Below are positions 11,132 through 24,292 of a DNA stretch of 64,000 bases, piece by piece (position 1 is the first letter of the stretch; each line of letters begins with the position of its first letter). The DNA is from Oopsacas minuta (lineage: Eukaryota > Animalia > Porifera), in contig JAKMXF010000315.1 of assembly GCA_024704765.1 (NCBI GenBank), positions 145,445 to 209,444 on the forward strand, given 5' to 3'. Under the pieces are notes generated by a model. It saw only the letters and a program-made list of their open reading frames with translations. It did no database searches and had not been told where the DNA came from. The position numbers and the translations under genes were made by a program.

Positions 11132-12033
11132 CAGTCAGGGGACAAAAGTATTCAAACACACAAATATATTGTCATAAATTGTACACTCTTTACCACTCCT
11201 ATATACTGTGTGGTCTATATTCGAGCTGCTATCTAGTAATTTATATAGAATAACATGTTTTTCACGAATTTCAAAAAAATATTTTCGATTTACACTTTTT
11301 GAAGGTGTTAATTATTAATAATTATCCCTTAATTATTGATATTCAAAATATGTGATAATTCAAAGCCTATTAAGAATCTACAATTCCTGACTTGATATTT
11401 GAATTCTACGTAGGCGAGTTACCCCAGATTAAAATTTCCAATGGGATTGAACAATTTTTACCAAAGTTATAGAAGAATTTCAATTTGTGCCACTTGTTGC
11501 AAAAAGTGGCACCGGTGGCAGGAAAAAGCGCCACTACAACCAAATCAACTAGGGTTAGGAGGAATAAGTCATAGTAATATTTTCGAATATCATGACTATG
11601 CTAACCCTTGAAATACAAAATAACCTCTTGGTAGCGGCCACTTGTGCCACCTCTGGCAAAAGGTGGCACAAATGGCACAAATTGAAATTCTTCTATAAGT
11701 TTGGTAAAAATTACTCAATCCCATTGAAAACTTTAATCTGGGATAACTCGCCTAAGTAGAATTCAAATATCAAGTTAGAAATTATAGATTCTTAATAGGT
11801 TTTGAATTACCACATATTTTGATTATCAATAATTATCTAATAATTATTAATAATAAATACCTTCAAAAAGTGTAAATCGAAAATATCTTTGAAATTCTTG
11901 AAAAACATATGTTATTCTATACAAATTACTAAATAGCAGCTACGAATATAGACTCACAATATATAGGAGCGGGAAAGAGTATACAATTTATGACAATATA
12001 TTTGTGGGTTCAAATACTTTTGTCCCCTGACTG
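11132..12033. mobile_element. Tc1/mariner-type foldback MITE, 902 bp, almost entirely palindromic
   Basis: The terminal 21 bp are identical inverted (cagtcaggggacaaaagtatt). The arms align over more than 400 bp around a centre at ~11583. The left flank is TA (11130-31); the right flank is GA (mutated TSD). It has no ORF. Confidence 0.85.
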
Positions 12034-12939
12034 GAGATACATACACTTGAAACTACATGGTTGTCAATATGAATTTTACAGTTAGCCTCATAAATTTGTA
12101 GAGAAATTTACAACCATTGGATTGGTTCTGTTCATGGCCAAGTTACCCTATTTAAACTTAACCGATAGCTCTATTAAGCGGAGTCTATATTTGTTTAATA
12201 TTATTTTCTGACTGACAAATGCTAATATTTTGGTCTACATATAACTATCATTATTAGATTTGGGATGTTATGAAAACCTTAGCTCTCTCGAGTACTATAC
12301 ACACAATATCAATACCATCCATCTTACAATATAAAATTCAAAAAAACAGTAAAGTGTTCGAGGACTAGAGGGCTAGATAAACTAAAAATGAATGAATTAG
12401 AACCTGGCGTAGAAAATTCAAAATTTGCAAATTGTTTTGTACTAAATATTCCACGTCAAAATGAAAAAATAATATAACAAATTTTCTAGCTGAGTAAACA
12501 CTGTTCTGAATGCAGATTCGTAATCAACGTGAAAACTGGGTAAACTGTTTTTGGGATGATTTTGGGTGATTGTAACACCCCGTGCGCGCGAGCGTAGAGA
12601 GTAAGAGAAGTATTATGCGTGTACAGTGTACAGAGTTCTGGCAGATGAAAAGAAGAAAGGAGAGCTCTAAACAGGAATATTATACTTTGCAGGCATGAAA
12701 TATGTAATACTGTAGAATATTCGCATGAAGGCTTGTATCAAGTACATATATGAGAAACGCTATTGAAAATTTCAGGCTGTTAAAGAAGTATTCGGTACAT
12801 AGTGAGACAAAATTTTGTGAGTACGGGCCTGGGGGATTTAGGCCCCCAGGGCACAATATCGAAGCCACTGCGTATAATTATGCGACAAGGTGGGGATGAC
12901 GGTCTAGGTTTAGGTCCGGAATTTCCTCCTCAATCTGAA

Positions 12940-13120
12940 TTTACATCTCAGACAGCAGTTAATCCAACTTATCCAAGGATATCGCAAGTACTCAACTCAC
13001 TTGGATTGTATCAAACACATCTCAAGAACTAGATTGTCTTCCAATTGATAAGCGCATGGAACAACCTCAAAAGCGTTGTTTCAATGGAAATACTATCTAT
13101 TTGGCTGCATCATTGGCCCC
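12940..13120 (+). mobile_element. Possible 3' remnant of a CR1/L2-like LINE ORF2
   Basis: Reads HLKN*IVFQLISAWNNLKSVVSMEILSIWLHHW, resembling the R(V/I)(V/I)NAWN.LP..VV...FK..LD.HW tail of these LINEs. The match is weak. Confidence 0.35.
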
Positions 13121-13747
13121 GTATATCGGAAACAACACTCTGCTTACCATTTTTAAGGTATTTTATACACTACACATTCATAATTTACAATTTCTTTGGA
13201 GTTTAACAAGGGCTTAGTGGTCCGCAATTAGAAAATTTCAATTACAGATTTCAATAGTATTTTCCGGTTATTCAAGAAAGGTTTCCGATAAGTGTACTTC
13301 ATATAAGTCTAGAGTAGGGGCTTCGGGTGGCTTTGAAATCTGGGGTGGCACAATTCAATCTATTCTGCAACAAATTCAGTTTGAGGGTCTATGGGCGCTG
13401 GAAACAATCAGTAAGGTCCAGGACCGAAACCCATAACAAGAAATATCGTTTGATTTCAATTAGTCCAGAATGTCCACATTTTTCTAGTCTCTTGGAGTAA
13501 TCTGCAGTTTACTAATTACCATACTCCAATACCAAAGTAGGTATAATAACATACTACCTAGCTGGACTCGTGCTACTAGGTGAAATTTCCCATATTTGGG
13601 TCTGATGCTCTTCTGGCCACAGAGCTAGATTAATACAATGCAAATCGATATATGTAAGTGATAATTAGTGCAGGTCCGTGAGGAGATGCCCTAGTGGATT
13701 CATTAGCATAATTATTTCTACACCTAATAAAGAGTACTTAGTACTCA

Positions 13748-13912
13748 CAGTCAAACTTGTCTAAAACGGCACCAATGGGACAGGCTCAATGTGGCCATTT
13801 TTGTACAGGTGACCACTATATAAGGATCGATTAATATTGAAAATAGTTCCACGGGAATACACTTAGTTGACCGATATTACCAGGTGACAGTTATACAAAG
13901 TGGCCGTTAAGG
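13748..13912. mobile_element. pogo/Tigger-type MITE remnant
   Basis: It starts cagtcaaacttgtctaaaacggcacc...gggac and has internal acaggtgacc / aagtggccgttaag motifs typical of this MITE type. The 3' TIR is missing. Confidence 0.45.
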
Positions 13913-14439
13913 AACAATGATGAAACTCTCCGAAAGATACAGAGACAATATGGAGAGTGTATTTTGGAAAATCACTTAATTGAAAAAGGACTCGAGGCCT
14001 GGTTCAATCAAAAATTAGTACAATAAGTTGGAAATCCAGAAACAGGTCGAGCACATTTTAACAAATCATAATCATTCAACCATTGAAAGGGCTCGAGCAC
14101 CCCTAGTCTGCTTTCGAATCCGTAGAGCTAATGCAGAAATATTGTTGTAAAGTCCATCGATGGGGAACGAGCCCAGAAATGAACATGGACGGATCCAGGA
14201 TAGAATTTTTGGGGGCGCAAATTTAAAAAATAAACATCGCTTTAATTTAGCTATTAGTGAAATGTACAGTCTCTGATTCCGGACATTTATATATTAAATA
14301 TTCGTAGAATATATGTTATAATTGATATATGTCTGTCTAATTGTCTAATAAAGAAGTCTAGTGAGAACAAAAACAATGACTTAATGAAGATAAACAATAG
14401 ATGCAATCAATTTCTTAACTAATACTAGACATTCGATTC

Positions 14440-16620
14440 TTTAGAGGTATTTTTCTTTCTTTTGCAGCAAACTCTTCAATAATCTCATCTATATCCAAAT
14501 TCTGAGTTATATCTCTGTTATAGGTTAAGACTACAATATCACTTAAAGACAATCAGATAGTTTCCTCCACTTGAAAGTTTGTATTCTATCCATACATAAA
14601 AATGTACGATCAACCGACGCTGTAGACACCGACAAAGAATATTTTAAATTGATCAATTTAATGAAATTAGGATAGAATTCAGGGTTCATGTTTGGAAATC
14701 AGAATCAACATCAGTAAAGGCGTGGCATTTCAATAGCTGGCATTGTAGAGAAATTTCGGAAATATACAAGACTTCAAAATAATCGTCAAGTAATTGTTTC
14801 AGAATACTAATATTTAAAAAATGCTTAGTTTGGGAATTTAGTCCATCCAGACCCTTCAATATGTTGATACTGGGGATTGAAAATCCCTTATCTAAAGCAT
14901 CTGAAATGAGATTTCGTACTTAATTTGTGCTACTATTAAGATATTCAGCTGGGTAATTTCGGATATAGTACTATTTTTCGAACGATGCATGGTGCTATGT
15001 ACTGTCAAAGGTATATCACATTATTCACTTAATATTTCGGCCTCTTTAATATGATCCGATAATATATGCGGAACTTTCAGATCTTCGATTGTGTTCTTAA
15101 CCACAGATATTTCGCGAATTGCATGATGCCAATTGGTTCTCGTTAATTGGAGGTAAAGAGAGAGCTGGTTAAAAATACCTAATACTAAATGTAACAACTC
15201 GATAGTAAAAGAAATCTACAATCACCCAATTTATGATATAGACAAGTTGCAGTTATTGACTGACTATCACATTCTTCAGCCCTATAACATAATGTGATGA
15301 GAATTGATCGATATCGTTTGTATACTGTGTCTACTAATTAAAACAAGAATCCAAACTAATATCATGTCTTTGTGGAATCTATTGAACAGTTTCTTTGAAT
15401 TCCTGTTGACTTTATTCGAAAAGATCATTATTTTTTGTTTGGTTAAAAATGTGTAGAGAGATCTAAAGTACTAACACAATCTTTACAAGATGTTTTTTCA
15501 AAGAGATTCACAATTATCAGATTGAGCCAATGAGCATTACAATGAATGTAAACGGGCTACGAGTATAAATTATTAAGACGAGCTTGAACACCACTAATAT
15601 GCCCACTCAATACGCTCACACCATCCATTGAAACAGCTACAAATGTCCCAGATATTTGTAGAATAGAAGTAATAACTTCTGTTAATTAGATAGAATTAAA
15701 GCATCAAATTCTGGTATATGTGAAAATCCAAGAAATGTTTCATTGAGTACGGACCCATAACAAATTCGGATGCAAAAACTAGTTATTCATGTCCACTAAT
15801 ATCTTTGGACTCGTATATTAAAAATGAATAAAATAGACTATTTTTACTTCATCGCCTATTTTCCTTGGAACTTCAGATACAATCATTGAAATTAATTCAT
15901 TGTAAATAGTCTTACTAAGATAATCTACATGCATGGAGTATTGACCTTTAAGTTTCTCCCTAGCATCCCTGAAATCTTCAATGACTATAAAATTTACCTC
16001 CATTAATTCACTAAAATTCCCTTTGTTAAGGGAATCTGAAGTTTCGTCATCTCCTCTAAAAAATATTTCTTGTACATAGAAGTAACAAATGTATTCCAAT
16101 AAGATATTAAAATATTAAACATTATTTTCATTATAACTGACCTATGCAGGTTCAACGTTGATGGAATCAAATGTGTTTGTGTAATTTTTGTTCTTTATAT
16201 TCTTGCCACCTAATCATGCTAGCTATATGCTCCGATGATGCACTATGTTTACCTAGCCATTTGTTCTTCAAATTTGCTTTTCCCGAACTATCAAAACCTA
16301 TTCTAGTAAATGTTGTTCCTCGTTTGTAAGAACTAAAATACACCATAGGAAATAATATATTCGATTCGTAGAATAACTATAGTTAATCCAGGGGTAAATA
16401 TCATACCAACCATTCTGAAAACTTTTATAGTTGCGATTTTTAAATTTGCTACCAAATCTCATCTTGGGGTATGAGGAGAGAGTTAGCTGGTACCAGTTTC
16501 CATCATACATATCGGTAGGAAATTTTAAATACAAGGATGAATTTAATTATGGTCAGTTACATTGTATGCTCCGAAGGATGATGCTAGCTACGTTAGAATT
16601 GAATTCATACACCCTCTCCT
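14440..16620 (-). pseudogene. hAT transposase relic (TTF-type zinc finger, DUF4371-like region, hAT dimerization domain)
   Basis: Fragments in order on the minus strand: SFQNGWYDIYPWINYS (TTF finger), FRGDDETSDSLNKGNFSELM..YLSKTIYNELI, and near 14500-14630 VSTASVDRTF..MDRIQT..LDIDEIIEEFAAK. Many stops. Confidence 0.75.
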
Positions 16621-18128
16621 AACCAAATTTTCATCAAGAGATGAGTCTTTAGAAGATCTCGGAAGATGAAGAGAGAGGTTTTTAATAGAAGTCTATTTAC
16701 ACAAAAATTTTCAAGAGGTTGTCATTTCATTAAGCTAATATAATTGAATACATTGTAAGTGAAATGGATATAATAAGATAATATAAAAATGTAAATATTG
16801 ACAAATAAATTTCAAACATCCTAGAGAAATTCATTAAAAGTTAAAAGTTGGGGGGAAGTGCGCACACTCCAGTACATTCGTGACTGAACCTGAAAAATAC
16901 GACCGACTTCCTTATGCCTCATACCTACATACTTCGGTAAGTTCGGTGCGAAGCAAGGCTAGGCAAGACTAGACACTAAGAATGAGGTGGAGTTAGCACC
17001 GAAACATACCGAGCAATATTCCTGAAAGTTTTATCCATATAGTCAGAATAAGCAACCAACGACCTCCATTCATGTAGACTAGCATGGGCACAAAGCTACC
17101 CCATTCCCACGAGCAAGGGAATATCCAGGAGGACCGACGCTCCTTTAGTCGCATTATCATTGATGAAGGTATATTGAAGAATGTGAAAATTGAGGATCTT
17201 TGAATAAACAGTATCAAGAATTTACTGAAACATGAGTATTCAACTAGGGGATGAAGAGCGCAAGGAGGATGCTAAGAAAAGTCTGTCTTACCCTCTCTCG
17301 GCAAGAGTCTGGAGGAACACATGGTAATATATCACAGGTGAGTATACCACTCACTAGCTCGAAAAAAATGAAATCCAAGAGCAGCACACTTCCAATACCT
17401 AATCCACACTCTGGGGTGGTACAATATTCCGGACAACACCTCCCAGTGCAAATGCGAGAGACCTAGCGCCGTTTCAGTGTCTAAGAGTCACAGATTGGCT
17501 ATTGCCACCTGACAGGTGGTGACAATAGGCACTTTGGTGATAGAATAGAACCATAATTATTAAATACAATTTTGTAAGACTAGAAACTTTGAAACAAACA
17601 CTTATGCATATGCCAAATAAATAAATATCCATGGAGTTTAAAACTATGGATATTAACAATCTCTTGGAATTTAGTACTGTGGATTGCAAACATCCAAAAG
17701 GTATAGGATAAATTATGTCTGATACATAAATGTATTCATTAAAATCAAATCGTAGAAGTGGAACAATCGAAAAATGCCCTCTTGTGAGATAAAAATCTCA
17801 TCACTATAAATATAAAGTATGCCAATTAAAAATGTTGTGACTAAAACAGTCCAAGCCGACAGACTAGTAGTGCAGCTCTCGATTAAGTCCTAAAATTGAT
17901 AATGAGATGATTTAATATTAAATTACAAATTGCACAAAATTGAATGACATGTACCCAATCTGATAACGTTATCGAAGTAAACCTGGGTCGGAATTACACA
18001 ATATGTAATTCCGACTAGTTTCCAGAAAATTTTTTTGACTCCGAAATGTTTACACATTTGAACATGATAATATAATCATTAAGTAATTGACTAGAAATTT
18101 CCCTTTGTATATCATCGTACATTCATTA

Positions 18129-18600
18129 TTAATAAGTCACCCACATCGTCGGGGTCATAATAATCAACTTGAATAAATTTACACAAACAGAACTTCTGCA
18201 CTGAGCACAAGCGAGAGAAGGTTCCAAGTTATGCCTTCTGCAGGTGCATCTGAGGGCATTACAGTCGGGGGTACAATTGCACCTTATTAGACACAGGAGA
18301 GATTTGGGTGATGCATTTATGTCAGTCATAACAGGAACAAATTGTCAGTCATTATTTATTGGTAATCCCCAATCTTCAGCTAGAATGAAAGTTCCACCTA
18401 ATTTTGGATCAGACTGGAAGAATAGGTTGTAATCTTCGGAACTCGAATGATCACATAGCAGGATAAGCAAAACCGTGTCATCGCCGATTAGTACTATGTT
18501 GAGCCTTGTTGCAGATTCTACAGCTTTAGGCACAATGAGAAAATATGCATCAGATTGAGGATATGTTTGGCAATTCTTCATGTAGAGATGTTGGTTAAAT
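18129..18600 (-). pseudogene. Academ-like (XPG nuclease + Cys8 finger) internally deleted relic
   Basis: QSDAYFLIV..VLIGDDTVLLILL..LFFQSDPK is joined in frame to EDWGLP..*QFVPVMTDINASPKSLLCLIRCNC..C..RCTC..ACAQC..VCVN. XPG-like plus Cys8 is the known architecture of animal Academ elements. Confidence 0.6.
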
Positions 18601-19289
18601 TGGAATCATGAAAGTTAGTCGGATTTCGCGGGGATAGAATAAATGGATAAGATAATAATGAAACAATAATCAGAAACATCTTATTTTCTTCAGTATTTGA
18701 TTAAAAAAAAAGTGAGATTGATAATTGAGATGGATTGATCATTCGTTGAGAAGAGACACAACACAGATTAGTGATATATTATGTAGAATAGTAAACTGGG
18801 AATCCATCTATAATAAGCGGCACCGGATATTCTTTTAACTTTCGATACTGCAAAGGGCTGTAGGTAAGTATCATCTCGATTGGGTACTAATGTGTGTACT
18901 GGTTGACTCTCCCTCTGTCATGTTTGGAACACACGTAGACAGTCCAGAGATCAGCAACATAATCCAGGTAGAGACGCCAGTCAAATAGTTTCTGAGTTGA
19001 TATGGCTTGTGTGGCATTGTAAATATCGGCAAACATTCTACATGGTCATAGCCGATGGAAACAAAAAGGACTGGGCAATGTAGGTGCAGAAATACATGAA
19101 TATAGCTGGAAAACATATGATGCGTAAAATCTCAAGTGAACAATAACTTTCAAAGAAAAATATATTAGATGACGTAGATCAAAGAGTGAATCCTACTTGC
19201 TTACTTGACAAATTTGTTACGAAAATATATATAAAAGTTATTCGAATTAACTAACAATAGGACAAAAACTAAGGTTGTGGCAAATAGGG

Positions 19290-19399
19290 CTTTTCGTCCG
19301 AAGGCGAAGCCCATGGACCGCACCGGGGGATTACAGCGCCCCCAGACCACCAGCTGGGTAATTCTCCCCCCACGCCAGCAACTCCAGGATCCGCCACTC
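19290..19399. repeat. GC-rich hAT-like subterminal/terminal sequence
   Basis: Sequence ggggattacagcgcccccagaccaccagctg...caactccaggatccgccact. The reverse complement resembles catggacggatccagg at 14184. No TSD was found. Confidence 0.35.
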
Positions 19400-20284
19400 C
19401 TTGTTAGGTTAAACATTAAGCCATCAAATTTTATCTTGGTCTCACTTTGCTCACTTTCACAGTTCATAACTCTAGATACGCAACTGAGCTCATGGTGCAA
19501 TTTTCTGGCCCAATGTGTATCGATTAACTCAATCAATGATTCGATAGACTATGTAGGTACATTGCCTCGATGCGTATATTAATACGTTGTACAAATTTGC
19601 CCAAATAATCAATAAAAATTGCTACGTATAAGTATTGTTTCAACTTGGATAAATTTTTGTTAAGCAAAGAATGTGTTGTCTTGCTCATAATCAAGGACCC
19701 ACCGTTAGACTCCACGCAACTTGCACCCCTAGATTAATACAATGTACGGTATATAACTGAGAATAGGAAACATATAATGATAATAAGAAGGTAAAGATGG
19801 AGGGAAGCGAGGCAATTACCCAATAGCTCTCTCAAAATACAAATACAAATGCGCTAGTCTTGAAATTTTCATTTCAAATACAATTAAAAACAGAAATCTG
19901 TCATAATAATTTTCTCATCTACTGAGATTGGAGGTCTAAAATTAATACAATTTTAAAGATAACTGGACAAACGAAATGGAGAAACAATCGAATTTTACTG
20001 AAGGAATATACTCTGGAGCAGTGGCGTAGCCAACCTAGGTAGACTAGTAGAGCATGGTATATTACTTGAAAACTTGGTAATTAAGTTCCCTAGATAAATA
20101 TATGAAAGTGTATTTGATGTATGTAATGCAAGCCTGGATCGCAGTTAGATCTTAAGGTCGAACAAGTTGAGGGAATATACTTTTTTGAAGATCTTAAAAT
20201 TTTGGGGAATATGTCCTCTTTCCTCTGCAACCAGCCCATAGGTGACTTAAAAATGTATAAAGTAAGATGTACTTGTCCTTAGAA

Positions 20285-20490
20285 GATGAAGATCGATCGG
20301 GACGCCCAGTTACGGCAGTTATTAGGAAATATTGCAAAGGTTGAGGAAATGATCAAAGAAGAGAGGCAAATCACGGTCCATCAATTAGAACATGATTCAT
20401 CAATTGCATCGGGGATAATAGAAACAATTCCACACTAACATTTGGTCAGAGAAGGGTTTGTTCCAAATTGACCACACATTTACTAACTTT
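20285..20490 (+). pseudogene. Mariner transposase N-terminal fragment
   Basis: Reads DEDRSGRPVTAV / NIAKVEEMIKEERQITVHQLEHDSSIASGIIETI..RRVCSKL, the mariner GRP and second HTH region. Confidence 0.65.
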
Positions 20491-21301
20491 CTAGGTGATT
20501 TAGGATGTGGCTAGAATGTTGTCAGAAGTGTATCGATACAAGTGTGGATAATTTCGAACATTTAGAATACCAATTGATCATCAAACTGTATTAGAAACAT
20601 ATAAATATACAACTTATTGAACACTTGGTGCATATATATATATTTTTTAGGAAAAGATGTAGGGAACCAATTCAAACTGGGTGAGGGCCCAACGGTGAAA
20701 TTATTGCTACAATGTAAATTTATATAAAAAACTTCTCTCTACCTAGGGGTCTAGACCACCTTAGAAACACAAACCTGGCCATTTAGAATCCAATATAGTA
20801 GTAGTATGGTCTGATTTATGAAAATATATATCAGGAATCTATTTTACCTAATAAATGACCTTTTAGAGGCCAAATCGATAAAAATAATCTCCATTATTAA
20901 TTATCTAGCCACACCTGGCACATAATGCAAAGAATCTCAGTAATACGAACACACCTCTCCCATCAAGTTGCATAATTGAAGTTCGACTAAACATTGAAAT
21001 GTGAATAAATATGCGAAGACACCAGTTACTACAAGTGAGGGAAATTCTCAAAAGTAATGATTCGGAAAAAAGAATTGGTTCCTGTAAGCCCAGATTAGAA
21101 TGCAGGTGGTGATTTGCCAAAAACGAGGACGGCAGGCGCTCCACCATTTAAGCTAAGCCTTTTACTCATAAACTTCAGTGAAAAAGGTGGCAAATAAATT
21201 GTTATTAGAGTGCATTTGAGAGAGGATCGGGGAAAGTTGCATTGTTTTAATGCAGGAAAAGGCTATAATTGTACAAATACCACATGCGGATACATCTATT
21301 C

Positions 21302-24292
21302 TAGTGTTCTCTCTAAGGAGTCGGCCAACAGAATCAGCCATCACCATAGCCGTTGGCTGACAGAATCGTGTTTTTGACAAACAGGCCAATTTCATTATTT
21401 TTCCTGAAATTTTGACCATTCATGAATTCATGAATATTGTAAGTTTGTAACTCTCAATAATAATTTTACTTGACAAATTTAAAAATCATAAGCACGAATT
21501 CATTTCATATGCTTATGCATATAATAAAGATGTTCTTTCAGATTATGAATATATTCATTTTACTGTGCCGACTATGTAATAGTAGCCCAGTACTGAAATG
21601 GTTGCCCTTTTCTGACTGCAATTGTGAGACGAATTAAAGCATCATCATTTGACATTACAGGCTGGGGCATAATTTCTGCAACTTAGATATCAGGCTATAT
21701 CATTTATTAAACTGGTACTTTTGGCTAGGTATTTTATTATGTTAATAACAATATACTTATTATAATATATCTACACTAGATACTTGGAAACATGCCTCCT
21801 TTCCATTATACTTAGATTTTACTAAATTTTAGATGAACTTCCTCTCATGCCCTCAATTCAAGATCACAAAAATTCAAGCCTCTTCAGTTGGTTGGAGACC
21901 CAGAAGATCGCCGGTACCACCTGCATTACAAGTATAGATGTTCAGTTTGTTCCAAGCGTCCCGGAGTTGTAACTGGGAGGAACTTGTGGTCACAGTGCGT
22001 GAATGCCCCGGTACCCCCAAGGAAGGCGTCAAACGTTGTCGTTGCAATGAACACTCAACAAAGGACCATGGTACACAGATAGCCATGCCTGAGATACTGG
22101 CTAGGGGTGTCGAAAAGAATCTTCGCCAAAGAGAAGAAAAGCTACAGAAAGAGAATATGACAATTCTCCCTCTCATCGATGTTGCATTGGAGACCGCTGT
22201 ATTTGAATTGGCTGCTTCAAAGTCGCCCCAATCGCCCGTCTACTGCGTCGCAATGGCGTCAACACCGCTACTGGCTGGCAATCAAAAAATTATGGATTCG
22301 TCTGGTGGGTAACTGCCGCCAATTTTCAGTTCCAAACTATCAAGGACGCTATTCGTGATATCAATTGTTTCGGCATTACAATTGACGAGACTACAGATTG
22401 TGGGGTTCTGGAGCAACTAAATAGTCTATTTACAGACCCAGCATCACGCGTCGCAAAAGTTCCTCGGTCATGTCAGTATGGAAGGCAGTAAGTCAGTCGA
22501 TATTGTTGAGGCTGTTGTCTCTATTCTCAAGAGATAAGCTTTAGACATAACTAAGTTGGCAAGTGTCTCATCAGACGGTTGCAGTACAATGCGCGGTGCC
22601 GTCAATGGGGTCATAGTTCGCCTGAATCGCATTATCAACTTCAAGGTCACCCCTGACCTTGGTGAAAACAGGATCTTTGCGGCTCATTGTGTTCTACATC
22701 GTCTGAATCTAAGTCTGAATGATGTGTTCGTGTCTTAGGATGCACCAAATGTGGTGACAATATTAGCGGATAAAATCGAGTTGGTTGTTAAATATGTCCA
22801 TAATTGGTTTGCTCGTAGTTCAGAACGTAGACATCAGTACGAGAAGTTGATCGATGTCTTCACTCGCGTTGAAATACCTGGGTCATGGAACGACACTAGG
22901 TGGTTGTCTCGACATCCTGCAATACGCGCAGTTGTTCGCAGTCATCGTGCCATTGTTGCCTTCATTGCCGAGAATGACAAGGTTAGAACTAGTCTGGAAG
23001 GTTGTTTTATTCGTGAGTATTTGACCGATGACAATTTTCTAAGTGAGATGGGAACAGTGCGCAAAGCAGTTAGCATCATGTTCACATTATCAAAGTTTCT
23101 CCAGGCATCAGTGCAGACACCATGGGAAGCGTTCCTGCTTATTCAGATTGGTGTTGGGCGGTTGTCTGATTTGCCTGATAATGTTCCCAAAACTAAGTCC
23201 GTCGTCGCCGTAAAATCTTTGATCCATACTTTAATGAATTCTGTGAATAAGCGGATTCCTGTTAGTGAAGGTAAATGATCGCCATTTACGATTTCCGTGT
23301 ACTGAAGGAGCGAGTTCAAAAAGAACGTGCTACAGGGGTTGAGTTGGAATGTGATTCACTTAGGTTTGACCAAGATCTTGTCACACACAGTTTCAAGCAC
23401 CATTTGAGTGTTTTCAGAAGATTTTTTGATGAGTTCAACATGTCGGATTCTGAACTGACCAAAGGGTTCGTTGGAGGTTTTAACAAACTGCAGAGAGAGG
23501 CCCTGAACCGAAATATCTATGTTAAATACAAGCTCTCTTCCGAAACCTTCAAACTTGACAGTCGCTCTTCCAAGGTTGGAAAACACCGTATTGAGATCAT
23601 CGGTTGCAGAGCGGTTGATAGTAGTATTGCGGAGCGCGGTTTCTCTCAGTTAGTAAGGTTGAAAACTCGCTAAGGAATCGACTCAGCGGTGAACACTTGA
23701 ACTCCGCTATGAGTCTTCGTCTCAACCCTGTGCCTACCGTTTCCGAGATTCTCGCAGCAAGGGGAGGGCAACGGTTTAGGCGAGTTCGCAATGTTCAAAA
23801 TCCCAGACCCAGGTTAGTTTTCCAACACGCTACTGATATTGAGAAAATTGAAGATCAGTTCGACAGTGATTGCTCAGAAAGAGACGGTGATGTAGCCGAG
23901 GACTCTGATGACTGGAGCAGTGAAGATGAAGAATCAGATATCGAATCTGAAATGGAGCTTTTGGACGAAGGTTGCCATCTCTCTTTAGATATTGTTAAGT
24001 ATCTTGAGGAACCAGTTTATGCACTACCATCAAGTAAAAGAAGAAGAATCGATTAAATTGGATATTTAAATAGCAGCTTACTACTTGATCCAGACACTAT
24101 TTCAATATTGTATCAGTAATCAGTAACTATTTCTAATTAGTATTATATACTAGAAATTATTATAATCTATCAAATGTATATCAATCATTATGATGGGTCG
24201 ACAGATATTGGAATCTGGTAATCATACGGCCGAGGGCCTGGGCGGCGCAGCCGGCCAGACCCTCCATTGGCCGATTCTTAGAGGGAACACTG
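21302..24292 (+). mobile_element. hAT transposon copy A, 2991 bp
   Basis: TIRs are tagtgttctctctaag and cttagagggaacactg. The 8-bp TSD is atctattc (21294-21301) / acctattc (24293-24300), with 1 mismatch. Confidence 0.9.
21880..24056 (+). pseudogene. hAT transposase, fragmented by stops and frameshifts, with an acidic C-terminal ORF
   Basis: Motifs: CFGITIDETTD (D), VSSDGCSTMRG (D), FAAHCVLHRLNL (CxxH), DTRWLS (W), SSIAERGFSQL (E). Confidence 0.85.

Larger units (their letters stand above)
8810..12628 (+). mobile_element. Decayed Chapaev/Transib-like element bounded by ~190-bp diverged inverted repeats
   Basis: 8822-9010 (gcgcgcacggagtgtcacaatcacccaaaatcatcc...) matches the reverse complement of 12410-12590 (gcgcgcacggggtgttacaatcacccaaaatcatcc...). 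The right terminus reads CACTGTA on the minus strand and ends at 12628. The left tip is eroded. Confidence 0.6.

Noticed and set aside
8810-12628. ProtoRAG-like element (RAG1L + RAG2L with RSS-like TIRs)
   Set aside because: The terminus is heptamer-like (CACTGTA), but I see no nonamer at RSS-like spacing and no convergent kelch/PHD RAG2-like ORF. The evidence supports only a single Chapaev/Transib-like gene.
14440-16620. Host ZMYM1/ZNF862-like gene
   Set aside because: Numerous stops and frameshifts and no splice pattern indicate a decayed hAT transposase.
14184-19399. A single 5.2-kb hAT element bounded by ggcggatccagg-like ends
   Set aside because: The ends are only loosely complementary and the flanks (gaaatgaa / cttgttag) give no 8-bp TSD. 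The pairing is unproven.
21235-21301. CCCH-like peptide (HCFNAGKGYNCTNTTCGY) suggesting a DIRS/Ngaro gag cut by hAT copy A
   Set aside because: It is too short and degenerate, and no RT or tyrosine recombinase is visible nearby.
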